From contig NW_027191491.1 in NCBI RefSeq assembly GCF_011745625.1, positions 1 through 64,000 on the forward strand: 64,000 nucleotides of DNA, given 5' to 3'. Under the pieces are notes generated by a model. That model saw only the letters and a program-made list of their open reading frames with translations. It did not search any database and had not been told where the DNA came from. The position numbers and the translations under genes are program-made. Shown piece by piece: positions 12,001-21,473 of the stretch. Within the stretch, counting starts at the first letter, position 1, and each line of letters starts with the position of its first letter. The stretch is from Cladosporium halotolerans (Eukaryota).

Positions 12001-12985
12001 TCATTACCGCTCGACCTTCATCTCTACAGCCGTCAAGCTTCCCGCAGTCATTGCATGTCGATGCTCTCCTACTCAGAAGGCGAGCGTCGCTCTCCTCATC
12101 CGCGCCTTCACCAAGAAGCGCATAGCATGTATTGGCGACGGTGGCAACGATGTCAGCATGATACAGGCTGCAGATGTCGGTGTCGGTATCGTGGGCAAGG
12201 AAGGACGACAAGCTTCTCTCGCAGCCGACTTCTCGATCACTCAATTCGCACACTTGACCAAGTTGCTCGTTTGGCACGGCCGAAACAGCTACAAGCGCTC
12301 CGCCAAGCTCGCACAGTTCGTCATCCACCGTGGACTTCTCATCTCAGTCTGCCAGACCGTGTTCAGCGTCGGCTCCAAATTTGAGCCTGTGGCGCTCTAC
12401 CGCGATTGGCTGCTTGTCGGCTACGCTACGATCTACACTATGATGCCCGTGTTCTCGCTCGTCCTCGACCGCGACGTCGACGAAGGGCTTGCAAACCTCT
12501 ACCCTGAGCTCTACAAAGAATTGACACTGGGCAAAAGCCTCAGCTACCGAACCTTCTTCGTCTGGGTCGGAATCTCCGTCTACCAGGGTCTCATCATCCA
12601 GGGCGGCTCCCAGCTGCTCGTCCCCAGCTTTCACTCCTCGGCGCCCACGACCTCCCACCCAACGACAGAGACAGGCGACACGGGCCCCTTCTCGCGCATG
12701 GTGCTGCTCTCCTACTCGGCGCTGGTGGTCAACGAGCTCATCATGGTGGCCGCCAGCATCACGACGTGGCACCCGATGATGTACGCGACCATCCTGGCCA
12801 CGGCGGCCATCTACTTCGGCAGCCTGCCTTTCCTCGGCGACTACTTTGCCCTCAGCTGGATGCTGGAGCTGGGTTTCTGGTGGCGGTTCGCGGCGATCTG
12901 CGGGGCGAGTCTCGTCCCTGTTTGGGGCGGGAAGGTTATCAAGACGTATGTAAGGCCGCCGAGCTATAGGAAGGTGAGAGGGTAG
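9002..12985 (+). CDS. NEO1: P4-type phospholipid-translocating ATPase (Neo1/ATP9 class), 1327 aa
   Basis: TDQLDGETDWKLR actuator motif, VPISLRVNLD, IPEDLGRIEYLLSDKTGTLT phosphorylation site, WMLTGDK, CRCSPTQK, IGDGGNDVSMIQAA and C-terminal TM helices. Confidence 0.95.
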   Translation: MNPPNGHAKPAAPDDPYDDNDSDLDLDLNELNPATSVAPKSTRGQPAAARRSYDYGGQIPLRNLRFGGRRRPREEDEDMEALIDSEDGARKRESNGFGGDDAPLLNGSSRRWSQQGLDPFSETRPRRGVWKYMPFGKRSSSIALPSNAVEEPEEEHDPSAQRTVSAAQKQSARFPANAVSHAKYTPWSFLPRTLFNEFKFFINMYFLLVALSQIIPALRIGYLSTYIAPLAFVICITLSKEAYDDIYRRKRDNEANSEPYKVLRLDESGAQGYGGDRKRKVSKMSERKKGKKRRSDREDRVAQADMEEQAAEDVEAPSASVTEVTKASKDLAVGDVLVLEKDQRVPADVIILKSYSSEAHVQSEEPVPSPRKSETLMDFGEGAQEPDAALQAKAERGEDLENRTTSSDPSGGGEAFIRTDQLDGETDWKLRLASPLAQTLPASEYGRLRITAGKPDKRVNDFVGTIELAPKSHAAYDPPADEAGDSATGSGKTSQSSPLTIDNTAWANTVLASTTTVHAVVIYTGPQTRAALSTSASRSKTGLLELEINSLTKILCFLTAFLSFLLVAFEGFDTREGNPWYVSVMRFLILFSTIVPISLRVNLDMGKSVYAWFIHRDPGIPDTVVRTSTIPEDLGRIEYLLSDKTGTLTRNEMELRKVHVGTVSYGGDAMEEVTGYVRQAFSDNTGNVDALFTPSAAFDALSGATRTRREIGIRVRDLVLALALCHNVTPTTEEDESGAPVTTYQASSPDEIAIVQWTELVGLRLAHRDRKSISLQFSGDGRTVVKVEILNIFPFTSDSKRMGIIVRFQRYASNSRHSDEDEIVFFQKGADTVMTSIVAANDWLDEETGNMAREGLRTLVIGRKPLSAQQYAAFSAAHTEASMSLQNRDTEMAAVVKQHLEHNLELLGVTGVEDKLQPHVKPSLELLRNAGVKIWMLTGDKVETARCVAVSSKLVSRGQHIHTIAGLKRKDTALDALAPLANRPNAALLIDGQSLALYLNHYRSTFISTAVKLPAVIACRCSPTQKASVALLIRAFTKKRIACIGDGGNDVSMIQAADVGVGIVGKEGRQASLAADFSITQFAHLTKLLVWHGRNSYKRSAKLAQFVIHRGLLISVCQTVFSVGSKFEPVALYRDWLLVGYATIYTMMPVFSLVLDRDVDEGLANLYPELYKELTLGKSLSYRTFFVWVGISVYQGLIIQGGSQLLVPSFHSSAPTTSHPTTETGDTGPFSRMVLLSYSALVVNELIMVAASITTWHPMMYATILATAAIYFGSLPFLGDYFALSWMLELGFWWRFAAICGASLVPVWGGKVIKTYVRPPSYRKVRG

Positions 12986-15696
12986 GAATTCAGTGTAGGG
13001 ATTGTACTATCTGCGTGATATACTGCTATTGTGTGGTTCTCGTTCCTATGTGCTTGTCCAGCCTGCCCAGGCCATGTTGTTTGCATTCCATGGCTGCATG
13101 TCGTCGATCGGAAATGCATCCGTGAAAGCAATTATCCCACAAGAGCCATCCGAGTCAAGGCAAGTAGTGCATTCTCGTGTCTCGAAGCATCCCACCAACA
13201 CCTCGACGACCCACCGGACCTCTCCGGTACGGTCACTTCGCCGCGGTCTCAGTGTCCCCTCACCACGACTCTCGGCCTCGGTGCTGGTGCCGAAAACCAG
13301 GAACACATATTACCAAGCCGTGCTCGTACGATGCTAGACAAAATGACGGGATCCCCAAAGTGCAAGCTTACCTCAATCAACCAAAGCACCATGTGAGAGT
13401 TTGTCTCGGTGCGCAGCGGGAAATGAGATGAAGCGACCAAGCTGCCAGGTCTCACCTTGTCCCAGGCAGATTGTCAGCCCTACTGCCTCGGCCGGACGAC
13501 TCGTGGGCAAATCATCAAATCGATCGGGCACTCGACGTCGCAAACAGCTACAGCCACCGCGCAATCTCCGCACTCCTGAGCACCGCCATCCGCGTCAGCA
13601 GCATCGCGATTCCCGCCCACCGTGGCAGTGTCCGCATGCGGTTCGCTCACAGCCGCCGCCTTGCGTCGCGCACGTGTGCAGGCGTCAGTCAACGGTCGTC
13701 AGTCCGGGCGGCGCGCCGCCGCTCGCTTGCCGTTCTAGAGTGTCTCACCAGCGCCTTCTAGATGTCTCGCGTGGGTGTTTGTTTGTGGCCTTGGCTCGTT
13801 AGCATCGCTCTGCACGACAATAGCCATCAACAGGGCCCGACGTCACCTGTATTTCCCTCCCCGCCTGTCCACCCTCCATCAGCAGAGACACGACCCGACA
13901 CGACACGACACGGGCTCCAGTCGATCGAGTCAGCTGCACTGCACTGCACGGCGATGCGCGGCGGTGGGCGATGACCGGGTAGTGAGAATAATAATATCAG
14001 CGATCATTGATCGCTGGCCAGTCCCTTTTCTCCCCTCGTGCGCAGCGGCAGCACAGCGCGCAGCTCCCCGGCGGGCCTGTCGCCCCAATCAAGTGTCTTG
14101 GAGGGACTTGCAGGCCGGCACTCGTGCGACGCCCGTGTTGCCTGAGAGAGCTATTCCGGGCAGACACGTCACGGCGTGGGCGTCTGACGGCAGCTGAGCG
14201 AGCAGCGTGGGAGTTGCGTTCGCGCGCTGCGAGCTGCGACCTGCGACCTGCGCCGGCATCGAGTTGCCGCCGTCCAGTGCAGTGCGTCCTCCGTGTGTAC
14301 CTGCGCTAGCCGGCGATCAGTGGGTGGAGCTGTGCGCGCGCGTGCGAGCGTGGTGGGTGCGAGGGTCGAGACCCGTTTTGCCCATCTCCGTCTCCGCCTG
14401 GACAACCAGAGCAATTACACCAAGGCCACGACGGCAGACTGCTGCTACTACTACTGAACCTTGCCCGCGACACGTCGTCCGTTTGCAGGGGACCGGCCTC
14501 CGTCTGGGCGGACCGGCGAGTCGATGGCTCATCACGGCTGCAGGCTGTTGCCGGCGGGCAATTCTAATCAATGCTACCGATTTAGTGGTGGTGGATGGGC
14601 CCCTCAGGCGCGTCAGTCGAAGGTTTCGGGCGTGTGAGGAGTGCCAGGCCGCACTCGCAGGCCGCAGCGCCCTGCAGCGCCCGCCCGTCCCAGCGCCCGG
14701 GATGCGCAACTTGGGCGGTTGGCATCAGCCGTTGGACGGCGCGGACGCCATCTCACGCTACCCGCGCCATCCGTTCGGGGTCACCCATGCTCGCCGTGGA
14801 TCCAAACACACCGCAGCGCGCCGCCGCGCCTGCGAATGGCCTGGCGTTGTTATGATTGTCACCGTCTCTCCCACTGTTCGGGCGTGGCGGCGGCGCTGCG
14901 CGTGCGTACAGTGTAAACAACAGGCCCACGACGTGTAAGATGAGCCTCAGCCCATGCCCTCGTTCGGTGTCGCCGTGGGATCCAATATTCCACGCGAGCG
15001 CTGCACTACACACATAACTTCCTGTACATCCACCGCCGATAGTCGACCACGCGCTGCCGTTCTAACGTTGCCTCGCTCGATCCTCATCTCCACCCCCTCC
15101 TCGCCTTCCCCACCGCGCTGGCTGAAGACGCCGTGACGCCGTGACGCCGTGACGCCGCGGGCGGCCTTGTGCACCGCTCGATCTGATTTTGACACAAGTG
15201 GAGCCCGCGAAGGCACCCGAGCCTGTCTTGCCTGCCCGGGTCGCGCCTGCGAGTGCGTGCAAGGGTTACCTGGAACCCGCGCGCTGAGCGTCTGTGGAAC
15301 ATCCGAACGGCGCCAAGGGCTCCCAAAGCGGTTGTTATTACAGTTGTCTGCAGCCGCCTCGCTGTCACTTTGCGTCCCCTCCGGCATCTCTCTCGCGTAC
15401 CGTTCTCGCGTTGCGTGCGCCGCTCGCGTGTGTTGGCTGCCAACGAGGGACCCGTGCCTGCCATCACTCTATCCGAGACACAACAACCTGTCCCTACGCC
15501 CTGGGCCATGAGCTGAAGGGAACCCGTCGACTTCCCTCTTCGCCTCTTCGATCCCTGGCCATCTCGCTGCGGTTGAGATTATCGATTCCATGAATCCGGA
15601 CAGGACGATCTGGATCCTGGACGGACCTGTCGACTAACAGCTGGACCTCGAATCCATCCCCTTCGCGACTCGAAACCGCCACATCACACGGGTGCA

Positions 15697-17067
15697 ATGG
15701 GCTTTTCTATTAAGGACGGCACCGCGCAGAGGGCAGCTTTCGGGCTGGCCATCCTCTCGAGCGCCACGCAAATAGCATTGACGGCTATAATCACTCGCCT
15801 CGCGAGCAACACCGGCAGCAGCAGTCCCGTCTTCGGAACGTCTATTGCGGCCGTCGTCTTCGATTTCATCGTTCTCGTCATCCTCGTCGGCATTGTCGTC
15901 TTCAGCCTCGTTGCTCGATCTACAACCGGAAGGTCACTTCAACTCTTGCTCAGTGCTACGTCGTTCGTTTTGTTCATCACTGCGAGCATCCTCTCTATCT
16001 ACGTGCTTGGCTGGACTTGGGTCAAGGTCGATTTCAACGACGCCAACAACCGATCGAAACACTCTCGCGACGCCACTCTGGCTGGCTTCGTGATCTGGAC
16101 TATCAACATGGTTGCTCAGACTTCTCTACACATCTTCCGCTCGCTTCGCAAACGTGAGCAAGCACCAGAACCACAGACAGAGGTCGTCGTCGAGCGACAA
16201 GCCTCGCCTCGATCGATCAAGAGATCACTCTCTTTTCCTCTGAAGTCGTTATCACCCAACGCATCACCCTTCTCAAGGTCGACGTTCGAGCCTGGATCAC
16301 CTGACCCGTCAACTCAACGCTCACCAAGCACGCAATCCTCGACATTTAGACACTCAATCTCACAAGCGATCCGACCTATCACCTCCCGGACGAAGCTAAT
16401 GCTCACACATGCGAGCACTCCGAGAGATTCGGGAAGCTTCGTTGTCAACCATGACAACAACTCCCTCGAGATCTTCTGCCGCGGCGACGGATTTGAAAGC
16501 TGGGACACGTCCTCCGTAGAGCAAGGCTTCATCAACCCATTCGTAACAAAACCCACCCTCGGCAAGAAATCCCTCGAGCCCATCCCGGGCAGCCGCCCAG
16601 TCTCCCCCGCCAAACCCCTCGACGGCCCCTTTCCCGACATCGACGAGCCCGCGCCAGCAGACAAAATGCCCCTGCCGGACTCCCCCATGCAATCCCCCAT
16701 CCTCATGTCCTCCGACAACGGCTCGACAAACAGCCTCGCCGTCCCTCCACCCCTCCGCCGCGCAAGCTCCAACCAAGAATCGCACATCCACCCGCTCTTC
16801 CGCTCGCATTCGCCCACGCCTCCGCCTACGCCCTCGATCGGCACCGTCGTCACGGCCTCACCGTTCGCCGGCCAGGTCATCCACGGCGACCACGCGATGG
16901 CGCCGAAGAGAATGCAGTCGAGGTCGAGCAGCCGGCCGAGCTCGCCGCATGCTAGTCCGGCGATGCGCTCGGGCAGTTTTCCGAGCGCAAGGAGGCCGTC
17001 GAATCTTTCGACGAGGCATCCTTTGGATTTGGAGCCGGAGGACGTGCCGGAGATGCCGAAGCTGTGA
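15697..17067 (+). CDS. Hypothetical membrane protein, 456 aa: about 4 N-terminal TM helices and a Ser/Pro-rich tail
   Basis: Long ORF with good start context (GCAATGG); four hydrophobic segments; tail with motif-like islands DGFESWDTSSV, LEPIPGSRPVSP and ESHIHPLFRS. Confidence 0.8.
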   Translation: MGFSIKDGTAQRAAFGLAILSSATQIALTAIITRLASNTGSSSPVFGTSIAAVVFDFIVLVILVGIVVFSLVARSTTGRSLQLLLSATSFVLFITASILSIYVLGWTWVKVDFNDANNRSKHSRDATLAGFVIWTINMVAQTSLHIFRSLRKREQAPEPQTEVVVERQASPRSIKRSLSFPLKSLSPNASPFSRSTFEPGSPDPSTQRSPSTQSSTFRHSISQAIRPITSRTKLMLTHASTPRDSGSFVVNHDNNSLEIFCRGDGFESWDTSSVEQGFINPFVTKPTLGKKSLEPIPGSRPVSPAKPLDGPFPDIDEPAPADKMPLPDSPMQSPILMSSDNGSTNSLAVPPPLRRASSNQESHIHPLFRSHSPTPPPTPSIGTVVTASPFAGQVIHGDHAMAPKRMQSRSSSRPSSPHASPAMRSGSFPSARRPSNLSTRHPLDLEPEDVPEMPKL

Positions 17068-17218
17068 GGGGTGAGGCATTGCGGATTTCACGAAAGCATT
17101 CGACCTCGTTGGATGAGGGTGACGATACTGGTTCAAATGGCATCTCGGTGGCATCGAAGACGCTTCCAAAGCCTAGGGGCGATGGTACGAGCGCGTTGCA
17201 TTATTCCACGACTACGTT

Positions 17219-18460
17219 CTAATCGACCACCCTCATCACCCCTCCCACCTTCTGATACACCAAGAGGTACGAGTCAAACTCGTCCCCATCCCCCCGACGC
17301 GGCTCCAACAACCACTCCCTATCTGACGAGATCCCAATGCTCATGTCATTAGCAGTAGCGACATCGCTCCCCTTCTGACACTGTAGAGCCGCGAGGTAAT
17401 GGCCCGACGACGTCGAGGCGCCTCTGTGCGCCACCACGCCGTGCAGCTGGTACTTCAGCGCGGTGTTGTCGACCGTCCACTCCGACAAGTCCAGGCGCTC
17501 GCGGAACGGTACTCGGTACGGGTTTTTGACCAGGTTCATGACTTTGAGATCAAAATCGAAGCGCAGCAGTTGGATGATCAGCAGCTCCGGGCCGTGGACG
17601 ATCCGCGTGCGGCGCGTCCGGTTCCGGCCTTCAGGATGGTCGACGACGCAGGCATCCGACTCGCATCTCAGGTCTGGGAGGTCTTCGTCCTGGAAACACG
17701 CTCGCAGGTAGCTGTCGAAGGGCTGGCCTTCGAGCTCTTTCGGCAGCGCAACCCTGATCGCCAGATCTTTGGCTCGGAGCGCGGACGTCCGGCCGCAGTC
17801 CTCGCACGTCCAGGTCCTTCGCGTCGTGACGTTGAAAAGTCGGGAGATGGACCTGCCTCTGCAACACAATAAAGTCAGCTCTCTGCGTGAACGTCGCCTC
17901 AACAACAATAACAACAACGGCACCATGCCATCCGAAAGCAGCACAACAATACGCCGGAGAAAAAAGACTCACCTCCCAGAAACCTCCACCTCCCTCGCGC
18001 GTATCATATTCACCAACCCCTCCAGAAACTCCATCGCGTCCGCCTGCACCCCGTTCCTCAAAAAATCATACTGCCCGAAATCCTTGTGCCCCACAAACGA
18101 CCTCAAAGCCCCGTCCACCCCCTCCACGACGCCCTGCACCTCCTCCGTCTCCCGCACGCTCCAGTAAACCTCCGCCAGCCGCCTCAGAGCGCACGCCACA
18201 CACCCCTTCTCGCGACAGCGACACCGGCGCGCGGAGAGGAGGTAGCGGTAGAGCTCCGGGACGTGCAGGAGGCACTGCAGCACGGCGCGGCGGTAGCAGA
18301 GCACGCCGGGGTTGTCCATGCCTTTGGGGCGGGAGTTGCGGGTGACGAGGGGACCGCCGTGGGACAGGAGGGGCCAGGTTTTGGAGATGCGGGCGGCGTG
18401 CACGCGGTCGAGGGTGTTGTTGGTCTGAGGGGGTGGGGGTTGGGGTTGGGTGGGTGCCAT
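17219..18460 (-). CDS. Compact ubiquitin-specific protease (peptidase C19/USP), 375 aa; exons 18460-17973, 17858-17219
   Basis: Cys box GMDNPGVLCYRRAVLQCL, QADAMEFL (QxD box), zinc-ribbon CEDC..CxxxxC, PELLIIQLLRF, His box YQLHGVVAHRGASTSSGHY, then ANDMS. A GTGAGT..CTGAC..CAG intron keeps the frame. Confidence 0.85.
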
Positions 18461-19155
18461 GGTGATGGGTGGGTGGGCCAGAGAACCTGCTTTGGCTGGT
18501 TGTTTGGGGCTGAGGTGGTGTTTGGTCGGACGATGGGGTTGTGCGCAGGCAATCAATGCCCGGATTGTGACTATTCGGAAAGAATATAGGAAGAGGCAAA
18601 CGGCAGCAGCAACGCTAAACACGGCGACGATATCGAATCGAAGAGAGAGTAATAGTGAGAGTTGGAGTGGGAGAAGAGCATGATAGCGGCAGAGGGGAGC
18701 AGGAGCTCATTTCGTTGTTTTCCTTTTCCTACCTTTCTCCTATGTCCGACCTACCGAGACGGCCTGGTACACGCATTACGGCCGATTTTCCTTTGATTGC
18801 TTCTATTATTTCCTTGCTTGTTCAGACAATGAGACATACGGCTGCGACAATAGCGATGTAATGAATGTAATCATCGACGAGAGATATGTCCTTTGTTGCA
18901 ATCGTTTGTAATTACAAGTGGCTTTAGCAACAAAGCAAACGTGGCTAACGCCTCTAGTCCAGACAATGAAGTGAGGTTAGGCGCAGGTAGAGCCTTGGTG
19001 GGGCAATTTGCGAAACGCGAAAGTCGAGCACGGACCATGCTGTCGTGAATCGTCACATGCGAACGAGAGAGTCAACGTCGAGTGATACCTAGCAACGGAA
19101 ACGCAACACATCGTCTGCTCTCGAGACAAAGGGCTTGTTGAAAGCGTTGGCGGCC

Positions 19156-20093
19156 ATGTCGGAACCGGTCGCAAATGGTGAAGCGTACGAGGAAGAGCAC
19201 GTCCACGAGGTGTACGAGCAGATCGCTTCGCACTTTTCTTCCACGCGGTATAAAGTAAGGCTTGACGCTCTGGAAGCATTCGACGATGTGCCGATGACTG
19301 AAAAAAAAAAACACTAAGTGCTGATTCTTTTTACGAAAGCCTTGGCCCATCATCGAACGTTTTCTGCAAGGACTGGCACCCGGCTCGGTCGGTCTCGACG
19401 TCGGCTGTGGCAATGGCAAATACCTGGCCGTGAACCGTGACATCTTTATCGTTGCGTCCGATAGGTACGTACGAAATATCTCTTACACTCCAGATCCCAA
19501 GATCCCTTCAAAATTTCCCCTTCCACAAAACTGAAATGAGAAACAACGAAAATCATCCCAACACCTCCAAACCGAACTTCCCAACCCCTCTAACCCCCCA
19601 TCCCAGATCCCCCAACCTCGCCACAATAGCCACAACGCACCCGCCCCACTCCGTCTGCGTAGCCGACATCCTCTCCCTCCCGCACCCCGCGCACACCTTC
19701 GACTTCGCCATCTCCATCGCCGTAATCCACCACCTCTCGACCGCCACCCGCCGCACAGCGGCCATCGCCTCGCTCCTCGCGCCGCTGCGCCGGGGCGGCC
19801 GAGCGCTGATCTACGTCTGGGCGCTGGAGCAGGAGGGCAGTCGGCGCGGGTGGAGCGAGGGCATGGAGCAGGACGTGATGGTGCCGTGGGTGATGCGGGG
19901 GAAGAAGGCGAAGAAGGGCAAGGGTGGCGGGGAGGAGGCGCAGGAGGACAGGACGTTCCATCGGTATTATCATCTTTATCGTAGGGGGGAGCTGGAGGAG
20001 AGTGTGAGGGAGGCGGGCGGGGTGGTTGTTGAGGCGGGGTATGAGAAGGATAATTGGTGGGCGATTGTGGAGAGGGGGGAGGGGGAGGGTTGA
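19156..20093 (+). CDS. TRM9: tRNA (carboxymethyluridine(34)-5-O)-methyltransferase, 236 aa; exons 19156-19254, 19340-19464, 19607-20093
   Basis: YEEEHVHEVYEQIASHFSSTRYK|PWPII, SAM motif LDVGCGNGKY, FDFAISIAVIHHLS, LIYVWALEQ, RYYHLY, YEKDNWW; two canonical introns keep the frame. Confidence 0.93.
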
Positions 20094-20225
20094 GATGGGG
20101 TCTGGCTGTTGTGTGATTGGGGTGGGATTGGGAATCAGACGAGAGGTGAGAGGTGAGATGCGGAAGGCCTCGTGGGTAATTGACGGCAGCGCTATTCGCT
20201 CGCCGTTTCTACTTTCGCCGCTGGC

Positions 20226-21473
20226 TCATGCCAGAGAGATCTGCTCGAAGCTTTCGATCACCTTGAAGCGGTTCTTGTCCTCGTCAGACAGCGGAGCGTT
20301 GCCCGGCCTGTCGACGACGAGAGACTTCATGCCAGCCGAGAGGGCGGCTTCAACCTCCTTAACGTTATCGCTCAAGAACAGGATGGACTCCGGCGCGAGC
20401 TGATGTGAAACAAAATCAGCAACAGGTCCAGAAAAACGCAAAGCCAGCAAAGAGCAATAAACAAACAACAAAAAGAGAAAAACTCACCTCCAACACCCCT
20501 GCGATCTTCCCATAACTCGCCTCCTCAACCTTACTCCCCGCATTAACCGTATCAAACCATCCCTTCTCCTCCTCTCCGACTAACCCCTCCAAACTCTCCA
20601 CCCTCCCATCCGACCCCCTGACATGCCTCATCAACAACTTCTGCGCAAAAACACTCCCACTGCTATAAATCGCCACCCCTCTACCCCCCTCCTTCCAGCC
20701 CCTCAACGCAGGAACAACATCCGCGAACAACTCCGTCGCGTAGGCGCCGCTCGCGTAGCCCTCCTCCCACAAGTACCCCTGCAGGGCTTTGTGGTAGGGG
20801 GCTTTGACGTCGCGGGCGGTGAGGTCGCGGACGTGGGATTCGAGGGCCGCGGGGGAGGTGCGGTGTTCGGGTGGGAAGGCGGCGATGTAGGGAGCGAGGG
20901 ATGGTGAGGTCCAGTGGGTTGAGAGGATAGTGGGGAGGGCGCGGAGGGCGTAGGGGAACTGTAGATTTTGAGGTCAGGGATGTTTTGGTGAGATGTACGG
21001 ACTTATTGTGGTATTGCTTGGTTTTGAGAGATGTCCAAGGGGCATGCGGTTCGTCAAAGCTTGCGCGCCAAATATGGCGGCGTTGGGTTCGAGAATGGGA
21101 AGAGGGTCTTGATTATGAGGGAATGGGTAATGGACTTGAGGGAATGGAATACAACCTACCAGCGTCTCTTTCACAAACGAGATCGGACAGATCGTACCCT
21201 CTACAGAACACAGACAGACGTAAGCTTCCAGAACATCATCGCGAAAAGTAAAGTCAAAACAGAGAAGGAGTCTATGAGATAACGAGAGTTGAGCAAGCGC
21301 TCTGAAGGCTCGCAGCAAAACAGCACAATCATGCTCGAACAATGATTCTCGTGTGAGCTTGCATGCCCTCCAGTGGCAAACACAAGCCTCCAAAAACCCG
21401 CAGCACAGCACAACAAGCACATACCGATATCCAACAACACGCACTTGACGCCCTGCACCTCGATTCTACTCAT
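20226..21473 (-). CDS. UTR4: Enolase-phosphatase E1 (methionine salvage, HAD family), 244 aa; exons 21473-21425, 21200-21160, 20958-20488, 20399-20226
   Basis: Spliced [75 protein letters not shown]. Confidence 0.9.

Noticed and set aside
13400..15500. Many overlapping 100-240 aa ORFs
   Set aside because: GC-rich intergenic sequence with microsatellites; no codon bias or recognisable domain.
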